DNA from: Candidatus Fraserbacteria bacterium
Lineage (GTDB): Bacteria; Bipolaricaulota; Bipolaricaulia; RBG-16-55-9; DRXL01
Assembly (NCBI GenBank): GCA_947085185.1
Contig: CAMTVK010000017.1
Span: forward strand, 32,001-96,000
DNA: 64,000 nt
Reading direction: 5' to 3'
Under the pieces are notes generated by a model. The model was given only the letters and a program-made list of their open reading frames with translations. It was not told the DNA's origin and did not search any database. Position 1 is the stretch's first letter, and every line of letters begins with the position of its first letter. This document shows, in pieces, positions 9,146-20,500 of the stretch. The position numbers were made by a program, and so were the translations under genes.

Positions 9146-11992
9146 ATGAGACAATGTGCCGTCGGTGTGCTGATGTTGGGAATCGTCGCGATCTTCTCGC
9201 TGGGGCCACTAGCTCAGGCTGTTCAGAAGCTCGAGCCCGTAGTGATACCCGGGCTGAGCGCCTCGGTCACGGTCATTCAAGACAAGTACGGGATTCCGCA
9301 TGTCTTCGCGCAGAATGCGCTAGACTTATACCGAGTTGTGGGATGGCTCCACGCGCGTGATCGGCTCTGGCAGATGGATAACTTACGGCGCACGGCCAAC
9401 GGCACGCTCGCGGAGTTGCTCGGTCCACGAGCGCTCTCTCAAGACGTCGCGTTGAGAACGCTGGGCATCCGTCGCGCCGCGGAGCTGAGCGAAAAGCTCC
9501 TCACCAAAGAGATTCGTGCAGAGCTAGAAGCCTACGTCGCCGGTGTCAATGCGTATATTCAAAAGATCAACGAGACCGGGCAGCTCCCCCCAGAGTACAA
9601 AGAGATCGAAGTCACAAGAGTCGCTCCCTGGACGCTGCTTGACACCCTCGCCATGGGCAAGCTCCTGACGTTCGATCTCTCCTTTGATATTGACGCGTCC
9701 AACGTGCTCACGTATTTTAAGTACCGAGAAGTAGGGGGCAAGCGGGGATTTAATGGGCATGCGCTCTTCTTTGAGGATCTCTTCCGGTCGGCGCCTTCCG
9801 ATCCGGCGACGATCTTGGGGAGCGCTACCGGGCGTTTGGCGTCCGGGCCGTCTTGGAGTTCAGCACTGCCGGAGCTCTCCCCGACCGTGCTCTCTCTCTT
9901 AGCGGAGTTCGTGGAGCGATTGCGCGAGATCGAGTTCTTTGAGCCGATCTTCCGTGGTGCGGAGCTCATGGAGAGCGGCAGCAACTGGTGGCTCATCTCT
10001 GGCAAGCTCACCGCCAGCGGGTATCCCATTCTTGCCAACGACCCCCATCTGGGGTTGGACATGCCCGGCGTCTGGTACGCGATCCATCAGAAGTCTGCCG
10101 ACGGCATCAACGTTGTGGGCACGACCTTCCCTGGCATCCCCTACGTGATCTTGGGGCACAACGAGAGGATCGCCTGGTCGGCGACGGTCAATCCCCTGGA
10201 CGAGACGGATATGTACCAAGAATCGGTCGTCGCGCGAGATGGCAAGCTCTTCAGCAATTACCAAGGGAAGCTCGAGCCCCTCGTCACTCTCGAAGAATCA
10301 TATAGAGTCAACAGAGTGGGCGACGGTCAGCTCGATAACTTCGAAGACGCGCCCAAGACCACAACGTACATTATCCCGCGGCACGGCCCCGTAGTCAGTC
10401 TCGATCTTGCGAGCGGCCAAGCCGTGACCATTCAGTACACGGGTTTTTATGCTACGCAAGAGTTCAGGACATTTCGTCTGTGGAACCGCGCTCAAAATCT
10501 GGAGCAGTTCCAAGAAGGGATCAAGTACTTCGACGTAGGCTCTCAAAATTGGGGCTATGCGGATGTCGCGGGCAACATCGCGTACTTCACTGGGGCCGAA
10601 GCTCCCTTGCGGGAGGACTTGGAGCGCGGCGCAGCTGCGTTTGGGTTGCCGCCGTTCTTCGTGCGCGACGGAACAGGGTCTGCCGGCCACGAGTGGGTCG
10701 CCCTTCAAGGGCAGCCTGAAGAGGGGCATTCGATCCCCTTCGCTATACTGCCCATCAGCGAGATGCCCCAGACGATCAACCCGCCCTCAGGGTTTATTGT
10801 GAGCGCCAATAATGACCCCGTCGGTGTTACAGTAGACAACGATCCGCTCAACCAGAAGCGCCCCGGCAGCAACGCGATCTATTACTTAGACTGGACCTAC
10901 GACATCGGCTTCCGCGCCGGCAGGATCACCGAGCTCATCAAACAAAAAGTCGCCAAGGGCGAGAAGTTTTCCGTCGAAGACATCATGAAGATCCAGTCGG
11001 ACACGGCCTCGCTCATCGCGCGGCGGCTTGTGCCCTTTATCACCGAAGCCCTCAAGAACGCGCGCGACGAGTCCGCCCCAGATGAGCTGAAGGCACTCCT
11101 GCAAGACGCGCGCGTGCTCGAAGCTCTCGAAAGATATCTCTCGAAGTGGAGCTTCGCCACCCCTACGGGTCTCCCCGAGGGCTTCGATGAGAACGACTCT
11201 GTCGGTACCGACGGCAAGAGCTTTTCGCTCAACACCCCCTCCGAAGCCGAGATCACCGACAGCGTCGCCACAACGATCTTTAACGTCTGGCTGAGCGTCT
11301 TCATTCGTAGAGTCATTGACGACACATTGGATCGCTTGGACAAGACGATGCCCAAGCCCGGCGGGTTCTTCGCCGTGAAGGCTCTTATCAATCTTTTAGA
11401 GAGATTCCCGAAGAAGCATGGCAAGGGGGAGTCGGACGTGGACTTCTTCGATGTGCCTGAGCTCTTCTTGGCCCCTGAAGAAGAGCGCGACTGGCTCATC
11501 TTGAAGAGCTTGCAAGAGGCTCTCGATCTCTTAAAGGGCGACGCGTTCGCGGTGGCGTACAACAAATCTGAGGAGCTCTCGGAGTATCGTTGGGGGAAGA
11601 TCCATCGCATTACTTTCAAGAACGCGTTGCACCCTCAGACGAATAAGTTCAGCATTCCGCCGGCGGTCTACTCTCAGCCGGAGTACGCCGATGGGCTGCC
11701 GGTGGACGGGACGCTCGCGGCCGTGGACGTCGCCAACTACAACGTGAAGGGCACATCAGCAAAGGACTTTGGGTTCAGCCGCGGGCCGTCGCAACGCCAT
11801 ATCGTCGAGCTCAACCCCAACGGGATCAGGGCGTGGAACGCGCTGCCTACTGGTCAAAGCGGGGTGGTGAACACACCGCACTTTGGGGATCTGCTCGCCT
11901 ATTGGCTTGTGAACGATTACTACCCGGTGCTCTTCACCGACGAGGAGGTCAAAGCGAACGCCGAGTCCGAGCAAGAGTTTCGCGGGAGCTGA
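9146..11992 (+). CDS. Exported penicillin acylase family (Ntn-hydrolase, S45) protein
   Basis: Signal peptide, D.YGIPHV, HARDRLWQMD, G|SNWW nucleophile, LANDPHL, GQSG...PHFGD. Confidence 0.95.
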   Translation: MRQCAVGVLMLGIVAIFSLGPLAQAVQKLEPVVIPGLSASVTVIQDKYGIPHVFAQNALDLYRVVGWLHARDRLWQMDNLRRTANGTLAELLGPRALSQDVALRTLGIRRAAELSEKLLTKEIRAELEAYVAGVNAYIQKINETGQLPPEYKEIEVTRVAPWTLLDTLAMGKLLTFDLSFDIDASNVLTYFKYREVGGKRGFNGHALFFEDLFRSAPSDPATILGSATGRLASGPSWSSALPELSPTVLSLLAEFVERLREIEFFEPIFRGAELMESGSNWWLISGKLTASGYPILANDPHLGLDMPGVWYAIHQKSADGINVVGTTFPGIPYVILGHNERIAWSATVNPLDETDMYQESVVARDGKLFSNYQGKLEPLVTLEESYRVNRVGDGQLDNFEDAPKTTTYIIPRHGPVVSLDLASGQAVTIQYTGFYATQEFRTFRLWNRAQNLEQFQEGIKYFDVGSQNWGYADVAGNIAYFTGAEAPLREDLERGAAAFGLPPFFVRDGTGSAGHEWVALQGQPEEGHSIPFAILPISEMPQTINPPSGFIVSANNDPVGVTVDNDPLNQKRPGSNAIYYLDWTYDIGFRAGRITELIKQKVAKGEKFSVEDIMKIQSDTASLIARRLVPFITEALKNARDESAPDELKALLQDARVLEALERYLSKWSFATPTGLPEGFDENDSVGTDGKSFSLNTPSEAEITDSVATTIFNVWLSVFIRRVIDDTLDRLDKTMPKPGGFFAVKALINLLERFPKKHGKGESDVDFFDVPELFLAPEEERDWLILKSLQEALDLLKGDAFAVAYNKSEELSEYRWGKIHRITFKNALHPQTNKFSIPPAVYSQPEYADGLPVDGTLAAVDVANYNVKGTSAKDFGFSRGPSQRHIVELNPNGIRAWNALPTGQSGVVNTPHFGDLLAYWLVNDYYPVLFTDEEVKANAESEQEFRGS

Positions 11993-12056
11993 GGCGCGTC
12001 CCCAAGCTGCCGGTGGATACTAATTCGCCGGCTCTACGGGGCTTTGTTGGTCGCGT

Positions 12057-13763
12057 CTATCTCTTCCGGAAGATGACGGCGAGAAACTCTTGCACCCCGT
12101 AGGCATTGGCCGTAAACGCCTCGACATTCCCTAAAGCCTCTGAAGCCGCCAAGATCGCCTTGCGGCTCCACAGAGGCACGATCGGCAGCTCCTCAGCCAT
12201 GATCTTTTGGAGTTCAGAGGCTAGCGCCTTCCGCTTGGCAAAATCGAACTCAAAGTTGGCTTGGTTGATCAGTTCGTCTATCTTTTTCTCGTACTCGAAG
12301 GGATCCTTCGCCCCGGAGAGGTGCCAAAAGCGACCCGGGCTTGACGAAAGATAAAAGCTTGCGTTCAGGAAAGGATCGCTTAGGTGTGTCGTGCCCGCGA
12401 TAGCAGCCACAAATTGCCCGCCCCGCAGCCTCGTGCTAAACTCTGCGAAGGGGACGGCTTTGAAATCCGCTTTTACCCCAAGCCTCCTTAGCCCCTCAAC
12501 GATGAATCTTGCAGCCGCGACGCGGATCGGGTTGTTGTCGTTGGTGATCAACTCGAACTCCAGCTGCTTGCCGGGCGCAAGATTGCGAATGCCGTCGCGG
12601 TCGGTGTCCTTCAACCCCAGCCGGTCCAGCTTTTCGGCAGCCGCCTTGAGATCGTAGTCATACTTGGGGATATTGGGCTCATAATAGGGCGAGAGGCGAT
12701 TGACTGTGCCAAACCAAGGCTCTCCCAAGTCCCTGAGCACTTCTTTGATGACGCGCTTGCGGTCAATCGTCTGGGCAATGGCCTGACGGAAGAGCTTCTC
12801 CCGGAAGACCTTGCGCAAGTCCGGGTCAGTCACGTCGTGATTGAAGGCCCAGAAGTCGAAGCTGTACTCCGGCCCGTCCACGATGAGCTTGAAGCCTCTG
12901 GGCAGCTTTAAGTCGAAAGTCTCTTCGGCTTTCAGGGTGAGTAGGTCAAGCTCGCCGCGTCCCAAGCGCGCTAGTTCTTCCGCTCGACTAGGCGCAATCT
13001 TGGCGATCACTTTATCGAGATAGGGCAACTGTTGGTTCTTGGAGTCCACTTTCCAGTAGAAGGGATTGCGCTCTAAGATCAGCTCCGTTGCGGGGGTGTA
13101 CTTGACGAGCTTGAAGGGCCCGGCCCCGGCGATCTCCCCCAAGGGTGTAGCCAGCGGCCAAGCCTCGCTGAACTTCCCTTGGGCGACGATGCCGGCTAAT
13201 TTATGCTTGGGCAGCACCGGCATGGTGAAGAAGAAGCCCGAGAGTATTGCCGCCGGCAACATGGGGAGCGGGGCTCCGACCGTCATCACGATCGTTGTCT
13301 CATCAAAGGCTTTAACCTCCAGCGGGATCAAGCCTGGAATCTGGTTCTTGGGATCAAGGATGACATCTTTATAAGTGAAGAGGACGTCTTCGGCCTTGAG
13401 GTCGTCGCCGTCCCAGAATTTTAAGCCCTTGCGCAAGACAAACTTCACGCTCTTTCTGTCAGGGGAGACTTCGTAGCTGATGGCCAAAGCCGGCTCGATC
13501 ATGCCGGTCACCGGGTTGACTTCTAGGAGCCCGGCGTGGGTCAGATTGATTAACGGATTGGCGGGGCTCCAGGTCGTGATGGGATTAAAAGATTTGGGAT
13601 CGCTTATCGAAATTACAATTTGTCCGCCGCGCTTGCCGATCTCTTTGAGCACCGGCTCCTTCACGACCTTGGGTTGGCCGGAGGCTATTGGGGCTGCTAG
13701 ACAGAGAATGATTATGGCTGACAATGTCGCAAGACTAAGAACTGCTAAGTTTCTCTTGATCAT
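12057..13763 (-). CDS. ABC transporter substrate-binding protein (peptide/nickel, family 5)
   Basis: DPKSFNP, PALA.SYEVS.D...FVLRKGLKFWDG, GAGPFKL, LPYLD; GGAGGTG SD before ATG 13763. Confidence 0.93.
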   Translation of the reverse strand: MIKRNLAVLSLATLSAIIILCLAAPIASGQPKVVKEPVLKEIGKRGGQIVISISDPKSFNPITTWSPANPLINLTHAGLLEVNPVTGMIEPALAISYEVSPDRKSVKFVLRKGLKFWDGDDLKAEDVLFTYKDVILDPKNQIPGLIPLEVKAFDETTIVMTVGAPLPMLPAAILSGFFFTMPVLPKHKLAGIVAQGKFSEAWPLATPLGEIAGAGPFKLVKYTPATELILERNPFYWKVDSKNQQLPYLDKVIAKIAPSRAEELARLGRGELDLLTLKAEETFDLKLPRGFKLIVDGPEYSFDFWAFNHDVTDPDLRKVFREKLFRQAIAQTIDRKRVIKEVLRDLGEPWFGTVNRLSPYYEPNIPKYDYDLKAAAEKLDRLGLKDTDRDGIRNLAPGKQLEFELITNDNNPIRVAAARFIVEGLRRLGVKADFKAVPFAEFSTRLRGGQFVAAIAGTTHLSDPFLNASFYLSSSPGRFWHLSGAKDPFEYEKKIDELINQANFEFDFAKRKALASELQKIMAEELPIVPLWSRKAILAASEALGNVEAFTANAYGVQEFLAVIFRKR

Positions 13764-13817
13764 GGGCCACCTCCCATAATTTTGTGCTTTGCTCAACACC
13801 GTTTCGACGCCGAGGGA

Positions 13818-16738
13818 TCACGGTCTCTTGAGAGCAAACTTCACAAAGCTCCGGCCTTGAGTCTCCGGTCCGAGGATCGGCTGGGCATAACCTGCCGTGA
13901 CCTCGACCGACAAGCTGGCAAGCGGGAGAACTATGAAGTTCAACTCCACTCCCACCTCCGCCTTGAGAGAGTCCAAAGGCTCTTCTATCGTCCAGGCGCG
14001 GCCCCCGCGCACGAAGAGACTTATCCTGATCTGATCCAGCTTGGCTAAGTTCAAAAGCGAGAAGTCGAGATCTCGTGCCAGAGGCGGCAAGCGGAGCCGC
14101 AACTCGCCAAAAGCCTTCCGATCTCCAAGCTCGCGCCCTTTGAAAGATTCTAGCTCGGTCAGTGTGAACTTAAACGGCTCTGGCAGCATCCCTAGCCCCG
14201 CTCCTCCCATCACCGTTGCATCCAGATAGACCCACGGTGCCAATCGAAAACGCTTGAAGCCTGTCCAGCTCAGCCGCCAGAAGGGTTCATCATTCCGTTG
14301 CTCGCCCAACTGCTGGCCCACTTGCAGGGAGAAGGTGTGCTGCATGAAAAGCTGGTATAGATCGGAGCGAATGTAGTCTACCCCAACAAAGCTCACCAGC
14401 CTAGAGAGTTCTCCCCGGGCTCCCATCGAGACCTTCACGGTGTTAGCCGGCCACCAGTAGCGCCCGGCTACTGTGACGAGTGGGTGTTCATAGAACGTCC
14501 AACTGAAGCTGAGTCGCAGGTCTAAGTTCCCTGCTCGGGTAGCGGGATCGAATTGGGTCAGGCTTGTCCGTATCTCCAGGGTATCCACGCCGAAGCTTCG
14601 GCCCCCGTCTACCCTGAAGATCCCTATAGCGTTCCAGCGGAACTGCTTGTTGGTGTCAACTGCAGGGAGCAGGGAGAGACTCCATTGCTGATCGGTCCGA
14701 AAACGCCCGGAGATTCCTAACGGCGATATATCAATTACATAAGCGTCCAAAGGGAGCTTGTCTTTAATTTCACCGCCGACGAAGGGCCAATGGACTAAAA
14801 TCCGTTGAGGGAAATGATTGTTAAAGCGGTTGATGTCCGGGCTCATCTCCTGCGGATCAACATGGACTGCTTTGATAGGCGATGAACTCTTGAAGGTGAC
14901 CGTTCCTTGCGGGGCGTCTCCCACCCACTTAGTCTCTAGCACTTCCCCTTGAGCAGTTGTAGCGCGTACCGTAACGGGATAATTCGCATCGCCCTGCTTG
15001 CTCAAGAAAATGGTCGTCTCATAGCCTTCAGAGATCTTTTGAGATGCAAAGCGCTCGACAGCTATGTCTAAGAAGCAAGCTCCGTAGAGCCAACAATCAA
15101 AGAAATCTTTGAGATCTTGCCCTGAGAGCTCCTCGGCCACCACGCGGAAGGCCTCCGTTGTAATGATCTTATGGCGGTAGCGGTTATAAGCTTCTCGGAT
15201 GACAGTAAAGAATGTCTCGCGGCCCAGTAGGCCCTCCAGAGCGCGTAATACTAAGTAACCCTTGTTGTAGATGCGTACTCCAGCGGCGTTCAGATAATCA
15301 AGCTTCTTGTGCGGTTTAACAATCGCTTCATCCCAGCCCCTCTGGAAGACCTTAAGATAGGGTAGCTCAAGGGTGTGACGGCGCGCATTCAGGAAACCAA
15401 CTTGAGACTTGAGGAGTTGCTCCAACAGCCCCGGGCCCAGGTGATTGAAGAGATTAGGCTCGAAAGCCCCGTATTTGGCCTCGAAGTAGGTGAAGGTAAA
15501 GTAATGGGCAAAGGCTTCAGCGAGCCAACCCTCTGCACTCCAATCACTCCATGTGCCAAGGCCCCACCACAGGTGGGCTAGCTCGTGGGCTACAAGCAGC
15601 TCCAGGTTGCGATCAAGAAAGCCGGGGACAGGGATGTCTTTCAAGCGGTAGGCTGAACTCCCTAAGACGATGATCCCATCCGTGGCCGTCCCGACGAAGC
15701 CGTAGAGGCCGGAGGCGGGCCGCTCGGCGATTACTAATCGCTTGTATCCAGAGGGGCCAAAGCGTTCTGTGTAGAAGTCTAATACTTCTGCAGCATAAGC
15801 GGCCGCCAAGCGCCCATAGCTCTCCCCACCCGGCAGATAATACGAATCAATCACGACGTCGCGATGGTGGAGGCGATAGAGCTCTAGCCCTTTGCCAATG
15901 AGGAGCAACACAGAGCGAACAGGAATGTCACTGCTGAGGCGAACGATCTTCCACTCGTTCTCTTGAGCGACGATCTCTTGCTCTTCCGCTCCGCTGACCA
16001 CGGTGAAGTCGCGTGGCACCCTCAATTCGACATCGTGATAGGCTGCTGGAAGCACGAACTGCTCCTGTTCAATGACTTGGGGTGGGATGGCTATTGGGTG
16101 CCAACCGAAGCGCCAGAGATAGACCCCGTTGTAAAAGACGCCATCTCCCCCGAGGCCCCCATCTGTCCAAGCAGTATGGGTGAACTTGCTCTCAAACTCG
16201 ATTTGGATCACAGCGCGTTCCCCTGGGGTGAGAGGCTGAAGCAGCTTGACCCGGAGCACAGTGTCTTCCAGCGAGAAGGTCCATAAGATTGGATCACAGC
16301 GCGTTCCCCTGGGGTGAGAGGCTGAAGCAGCTTGACCCGGAGCACAGTGTCTTCCAGCGAGAAGGTCCATAAGAAGGGCCGCATCGCCTCCAGCCGGAAG
16401 CGCAATGGTTGGCCGTGGGAGTCGGCCACAGACAGGATCTTCGTCCAGGTTGGGTCGAAGCCATTGGGATAAGTCTCATCTATATAGGCTGGGTGTCGGT
16501 AGGGATTGGGGTGTCGGGCCAAGTTGCCCAAAAGCCAGAAGGTGACTGTCTCCAGCGTTTGGCCCGTATCGTTGAAGTAGTCTAGTACCAAGCTCCCGCT
16601 GAGCGTCTGCCGCGCCGGATCGAAAACCACACTGATTTTGTACCGACTGAAATCAGCTTGAGCGCGGGCAGAAGAAGCCCAGACAACGCAAACCAATCCT
16701 AAAATCAAGAGACTAGCTACCGCTTTTCTCATACGCAC
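13818..16738 (-). pseudogene. M1 family (gluzincin) aminopeptidase with C-terminal beta-rich domain, frameshifted by an 86-bp tandem duplication
   Basis: ORFs 16208-16738 and 13818-16370 together are colinear with the intact paralogue at 36489-39284; HELAH...E motif, IYNKG. Confidence 0.85.
16203..16374. repeat. Perfect 86-bp tandem duplication
   Basis: 16203-16288 is identical to 16289-16374 (ttggatcacagc...ggtccataaga). Confidence 0.95.
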
Positions 16739-16812
16739 ATGTAAGACTCCTCCTTGGGATACTAAATTTGTTCGTTAGCTATCAATATATAGCCTTAACC
16801 TGCCCCCTGTCC

Positions 16813-16850
16813 ATGAACCAGTTCAAGCTTTCTCCTTGAACTAGTTCAAG
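16813..16850 (-). promoter_or_regulatory. Two Crp/Fnr-type boxes upstream of the M1 peptidase-SBP operon
   Basis: ATGAACCAGTTCAA (16813-16826) and perfect palindrome CTTGAACTAGTTCAAG (16835-16850), TTGA-N6-TCAA geometry; next to a Crp/Fnr gene. Confidence 0.65.
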
Positions 16851-16858
16851 GACACACG

Positions 16859-17430
16859 TCACGCTTTTTGCCCAAAGTGCTTTAGGAAGCGGAAAATCGC
16901 TCGACGCTTACGCGGGGGGGGGGAGGCAATGAGCTGCCGCAGGCCCGCCTCGTCCAGAATCACCAGCTCACCCCGCCGGTAGACAATCAGCCCGCGCTCT
17001 TGCAGGCTGCCCAGCTTCTTGCAGACCCACTCCGGCGTGTTCCCCAGCATCTCCGCGATCTCCACTTGCGTCAAGGGCAAGTCAATCACCAGCCCGCGCT
17101 CACCCTTGCAGCCGTACTGCTCACCAAGCTGCAAGATCAGCCCAACCAGCCGCTCGTGCGTCCCAAGATACGCCAGCTCAGCCAAGCGCACCCGCAGCTC
17201 TTTGACTTCACCGGCTAGTCTCCTCTGAATCCCCAGTGCGATAGATGAGTTTCGCCTCAATAGCTCCTGAAAGTCTGCAGAGCTGAGCCAGCCCACAACA
17301 GAATCGGCCAATGCCTGCGCCGAGACGCTGCTAGTTTTCGCATCTTTGGCAGCCCGGTCATCTCAGGGAGACCCGTGGCTTTGCACCCCCTCCTCGCAGA
17401 GGGTTCGCCTTGAACAAAGATGGCAGTGGA
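16859..17430 (-). pseudogene. Crp/Fnr family transcriptional regulator, 5' part degraded
   Basis: C-terminal LTQVEIAEMLGNTPEWVCKKL HTH is intact in 16859-17311; N-terminal remnant AIFVQGEP lies in another frame upstream of an in-frame TGA. Confidence 0.7.
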
Positions 17431-17571
17431 AGATTACCACAAAAGGGCTGAAAAGACAAGACAGCCCCTGCGCCAAGAGATCGTTACCGGAACGTTTTGG
17501 TACAACCATGTGGTCGCCCCTACAAACTTTTTCGTGGTTCGTTTGTATAATATACTCAAGGAGCGAGCGGC

Positions 17572-20500
17572 ATGGCGCGGCTGGAGATTCGACTCTTGGG
17601 CGACGTTGAGGCCCGGCTCGATGGAGCGCTTTTGAGATTTCCCACTCAGAAGGCCCAAGAACTCTTCGCTTATCTTGCGCTTCACCATGAGCATGCCCAT
17701 CCGCGCTTGGCCTTGGCGGCTCTGCTTTGGCCGGAATCCGACGAAGAGAAAGCAAAAGTCAACTTGCGCAAGACGCTCTCCCGCCTACGCTCGCTGTTTG
17801 TGCAAGATGAGCACTGGCTGGACTTCTCCGGCAGTGCCGTGCGCTTAAAAACCCAAGAGTGCTGGATCGACACAGCAGAATTCGAGCGCCTGATCGCGCT
17901 CTCGCCCGGTGACCCAAAAGAAAGCGAGAGAGCCTTAGAAGACGCCGTCGCGCTCTATCGCGGCCCGTTCTTGCAGGGAGTCTATGAAGACTGGGCACTC
18001 ATAGAAGCCGAGCGCTTCCGGACGCTCTATCTTGAAGCTTTGGAGAGGCTTGCCAGTGCCTATCAGGCCCGCGAAGCCCATGAGAAAGCTCTTCAGACCT
18101 GGAAGCAAGTACTCACTGTGGTGCCGTGGCATGAGCGGGCGCATCGGGAGCTCATGACGCTCTATGCCCGCACCGGAGACCGCACCGCAGCCCTTCATCA
18201 ATATAGAGAGTACTGCTCAGCTCTTCAGAGGGAGCTGGGCATCCCTCCACTCCCTGAGACTCAGTCCCTGTACGAGAAGATTTTACAAGGGGCTCTGCCA
18301 GAGCCAGCTCGGATCGTTGCGCTTCCCAGGGAAATCCCATTTGTCGGGCGCGAGCGCGAGTGTCATGTGCTGCAGACCCTGTGGCAGCAGGTCTGTCAAG
18401 GGGAAGGACAATCTGTGATGCTCGGGGGCGAGGCCGGCGTGGGCAAGACCCGCTTGGTGGAGCACTTTATAGAGCTCGCAGCAAGAAGAGAGATCACAGT
18501 GCTCCGCGGCGCCGCCTCCACGAACGAGTTGCCCTACGCGCCCTTGCTCCAAGCCGTGCGCGCGGGTCTTCGCTCTATCCCCGTGGCTCAGCTCTCCCAG
18601 CTGCCCAGGCTCTACCGGAGCGAGCTGGCGCCCTTTGTCCCAGAGCTCTCTGAGCGCTTCCCCGATCTCACGCCCAATCCGGTTCTGCCGCCCGCCCAGG
18701 GCAAAGCCCGCTGGTTCGCGGCTCTGTGTGGGTGTTTTGAGCTCTTGGCTCGCGAGCGCCCGGTGATACTCTTTCTTGATGATCTGCACTGGGCCGATGA
18801 CGCGACTTTCGAGCTCTTGAGCTATGTGATGGCGCACCTGAAGTCTTCCAGAATCTTCCTGATCGGCACGTATCGTCTTGAGGAGACCGCGCGTGCACCC
18901 CTGCGCCAGTGGCTCGCTACTGTTGGGGCAGCACGCGCGTATCAGCCGCTGATTCTGAACCGACTCTCACAAGAAGAGGCCAATCTCTTGCTCCAGCGCT
19001 GGCTGGGCGGCAAGACGGATGCGCTCGCCGCTGCTCTTTATAACCAGACTGAAGGGAACCCGCTCTTTCTCATGGAGCTGGTCCATTCGCTGATGCGCAG
19101 CGGGGCGCTGGTCCAAGATGAAGGAGGGCGCTGGGGGCTGACCGTTGGGGAGATCGGCTCTGCGCATCTGTCGGAGAGCCTTCGTGGAGTGATCGACGCT
19201 TCGGTGCAGCGCGTGCCGCAGCATGCCCAAAATCTGATAGGGTTGGCGGCCGTGCTCGGGCGTGCCTTCGAGCTGCCGGTTCTCAAAGAGATCCTGCGTC
19301 AGCCCGAAGGGAAGATCCTGGAGCATCTGGAGCACCTTCAGGCCGCGGGCTTGATCGGTGAGCGTGCGGGGCGCTATCAGTTCCATCACGAGCTGATCAG
19401 ACAAGCCGTCTACGAGGAGCTGCGCCCCGATCGCAGAAGGCTGTGGCACCGCAAGGTCGGGCAGGCGTTGGAAGAGCTCTATCCGGAGCGCTCAGACGAA
19501 CTCGCTGGGGAGCTGGCGGAGCATTATGAGCGGGCGCAGCTTTGGGCAAGAGCTATACACTATGCGATGCGGGCTGGGGCGCGCGCCGCACGCTCCTACG
19601 CCTATGGCGAAGCCCAGAGATTCTACGCCAAGGCCATCGAGCTCTGTGAAGCTTTCGCGAGCAGAAAAGCGCTCTCTGTCCGGTGGCAGCACACCCGGCT
19701 CGAGCTCTACCGGCGCTATCTCAGCCGTGAGGTCTTCCCCACGATCTATGATCTCAGGAGGGCACCTCAGGAGCTGCGCCGCCACATAGCGCAGATGATC
19801 GCGGTCGCGCAAGAGCTCAAAGATATGAAGGCCCTCTGCGAGGCGTACCAGCATCAAGCGAGATTAGAGTTAGCCGCTGGACAGCCCAAAGCCGCTCAAG
19901 ACGTCATGCGTCATGCTTTAGCTGTGGCGCGGCGGGCTCACGATCCCGCGCTGCAAGCCGATGTCCTGCAAGGGGTGGCGAGCATGCGCGCCCGCTGTGG
20001 CGAGTATCGTCAGGCTATGATCGAATATCAACGATATGTTGAGGCCCTGGCCCCCTTGGGCGATGCGCGACGATTGGGCTATGCTCTCAATGATTTAGCG
20101 CTCACCCAGCGGGCTTGTGGAGATTTTGCGCAAGCGCAGAAGACCCTCAAGAGGGCCAACGAGCAGTTCCAGCGGGCGGGGGATCTGTGGGGGCAGGCGG
20201 CCGTCGCGGACAACCTCGGTTGTATCTGGCGTGATCTGGGGCGCTATGCGGAAGCGGAGAGCTCGCTGCAGCGTGCGCTCGAGCTCAATCAAGCGACCGG
20301 GGACCATCGTGGGGTGGGGTGCAGTCTTGTAGATTTAGGGACTTTGCGGAACGATCAAGGGCGCTATGAGGAAGCCCTGGAGTTTCTTGATCGGGTCGTG
20401 GCGATGGTGGATCAACCGGGCATGAAGGGGCTAGAGATCGAGGCATGCTCGGAGAAGGCGCGGGCGCACCTGGGGCGAGGGGAGCTGGCGCTCGCGCTGG

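Noticed and set aside
17560..17610. tRNA-like T-arm (GAGATTCGACTCT)
   Set aside because: It lies within the first codons of the regulator (LEIRL), and no cloverleaf can be built.
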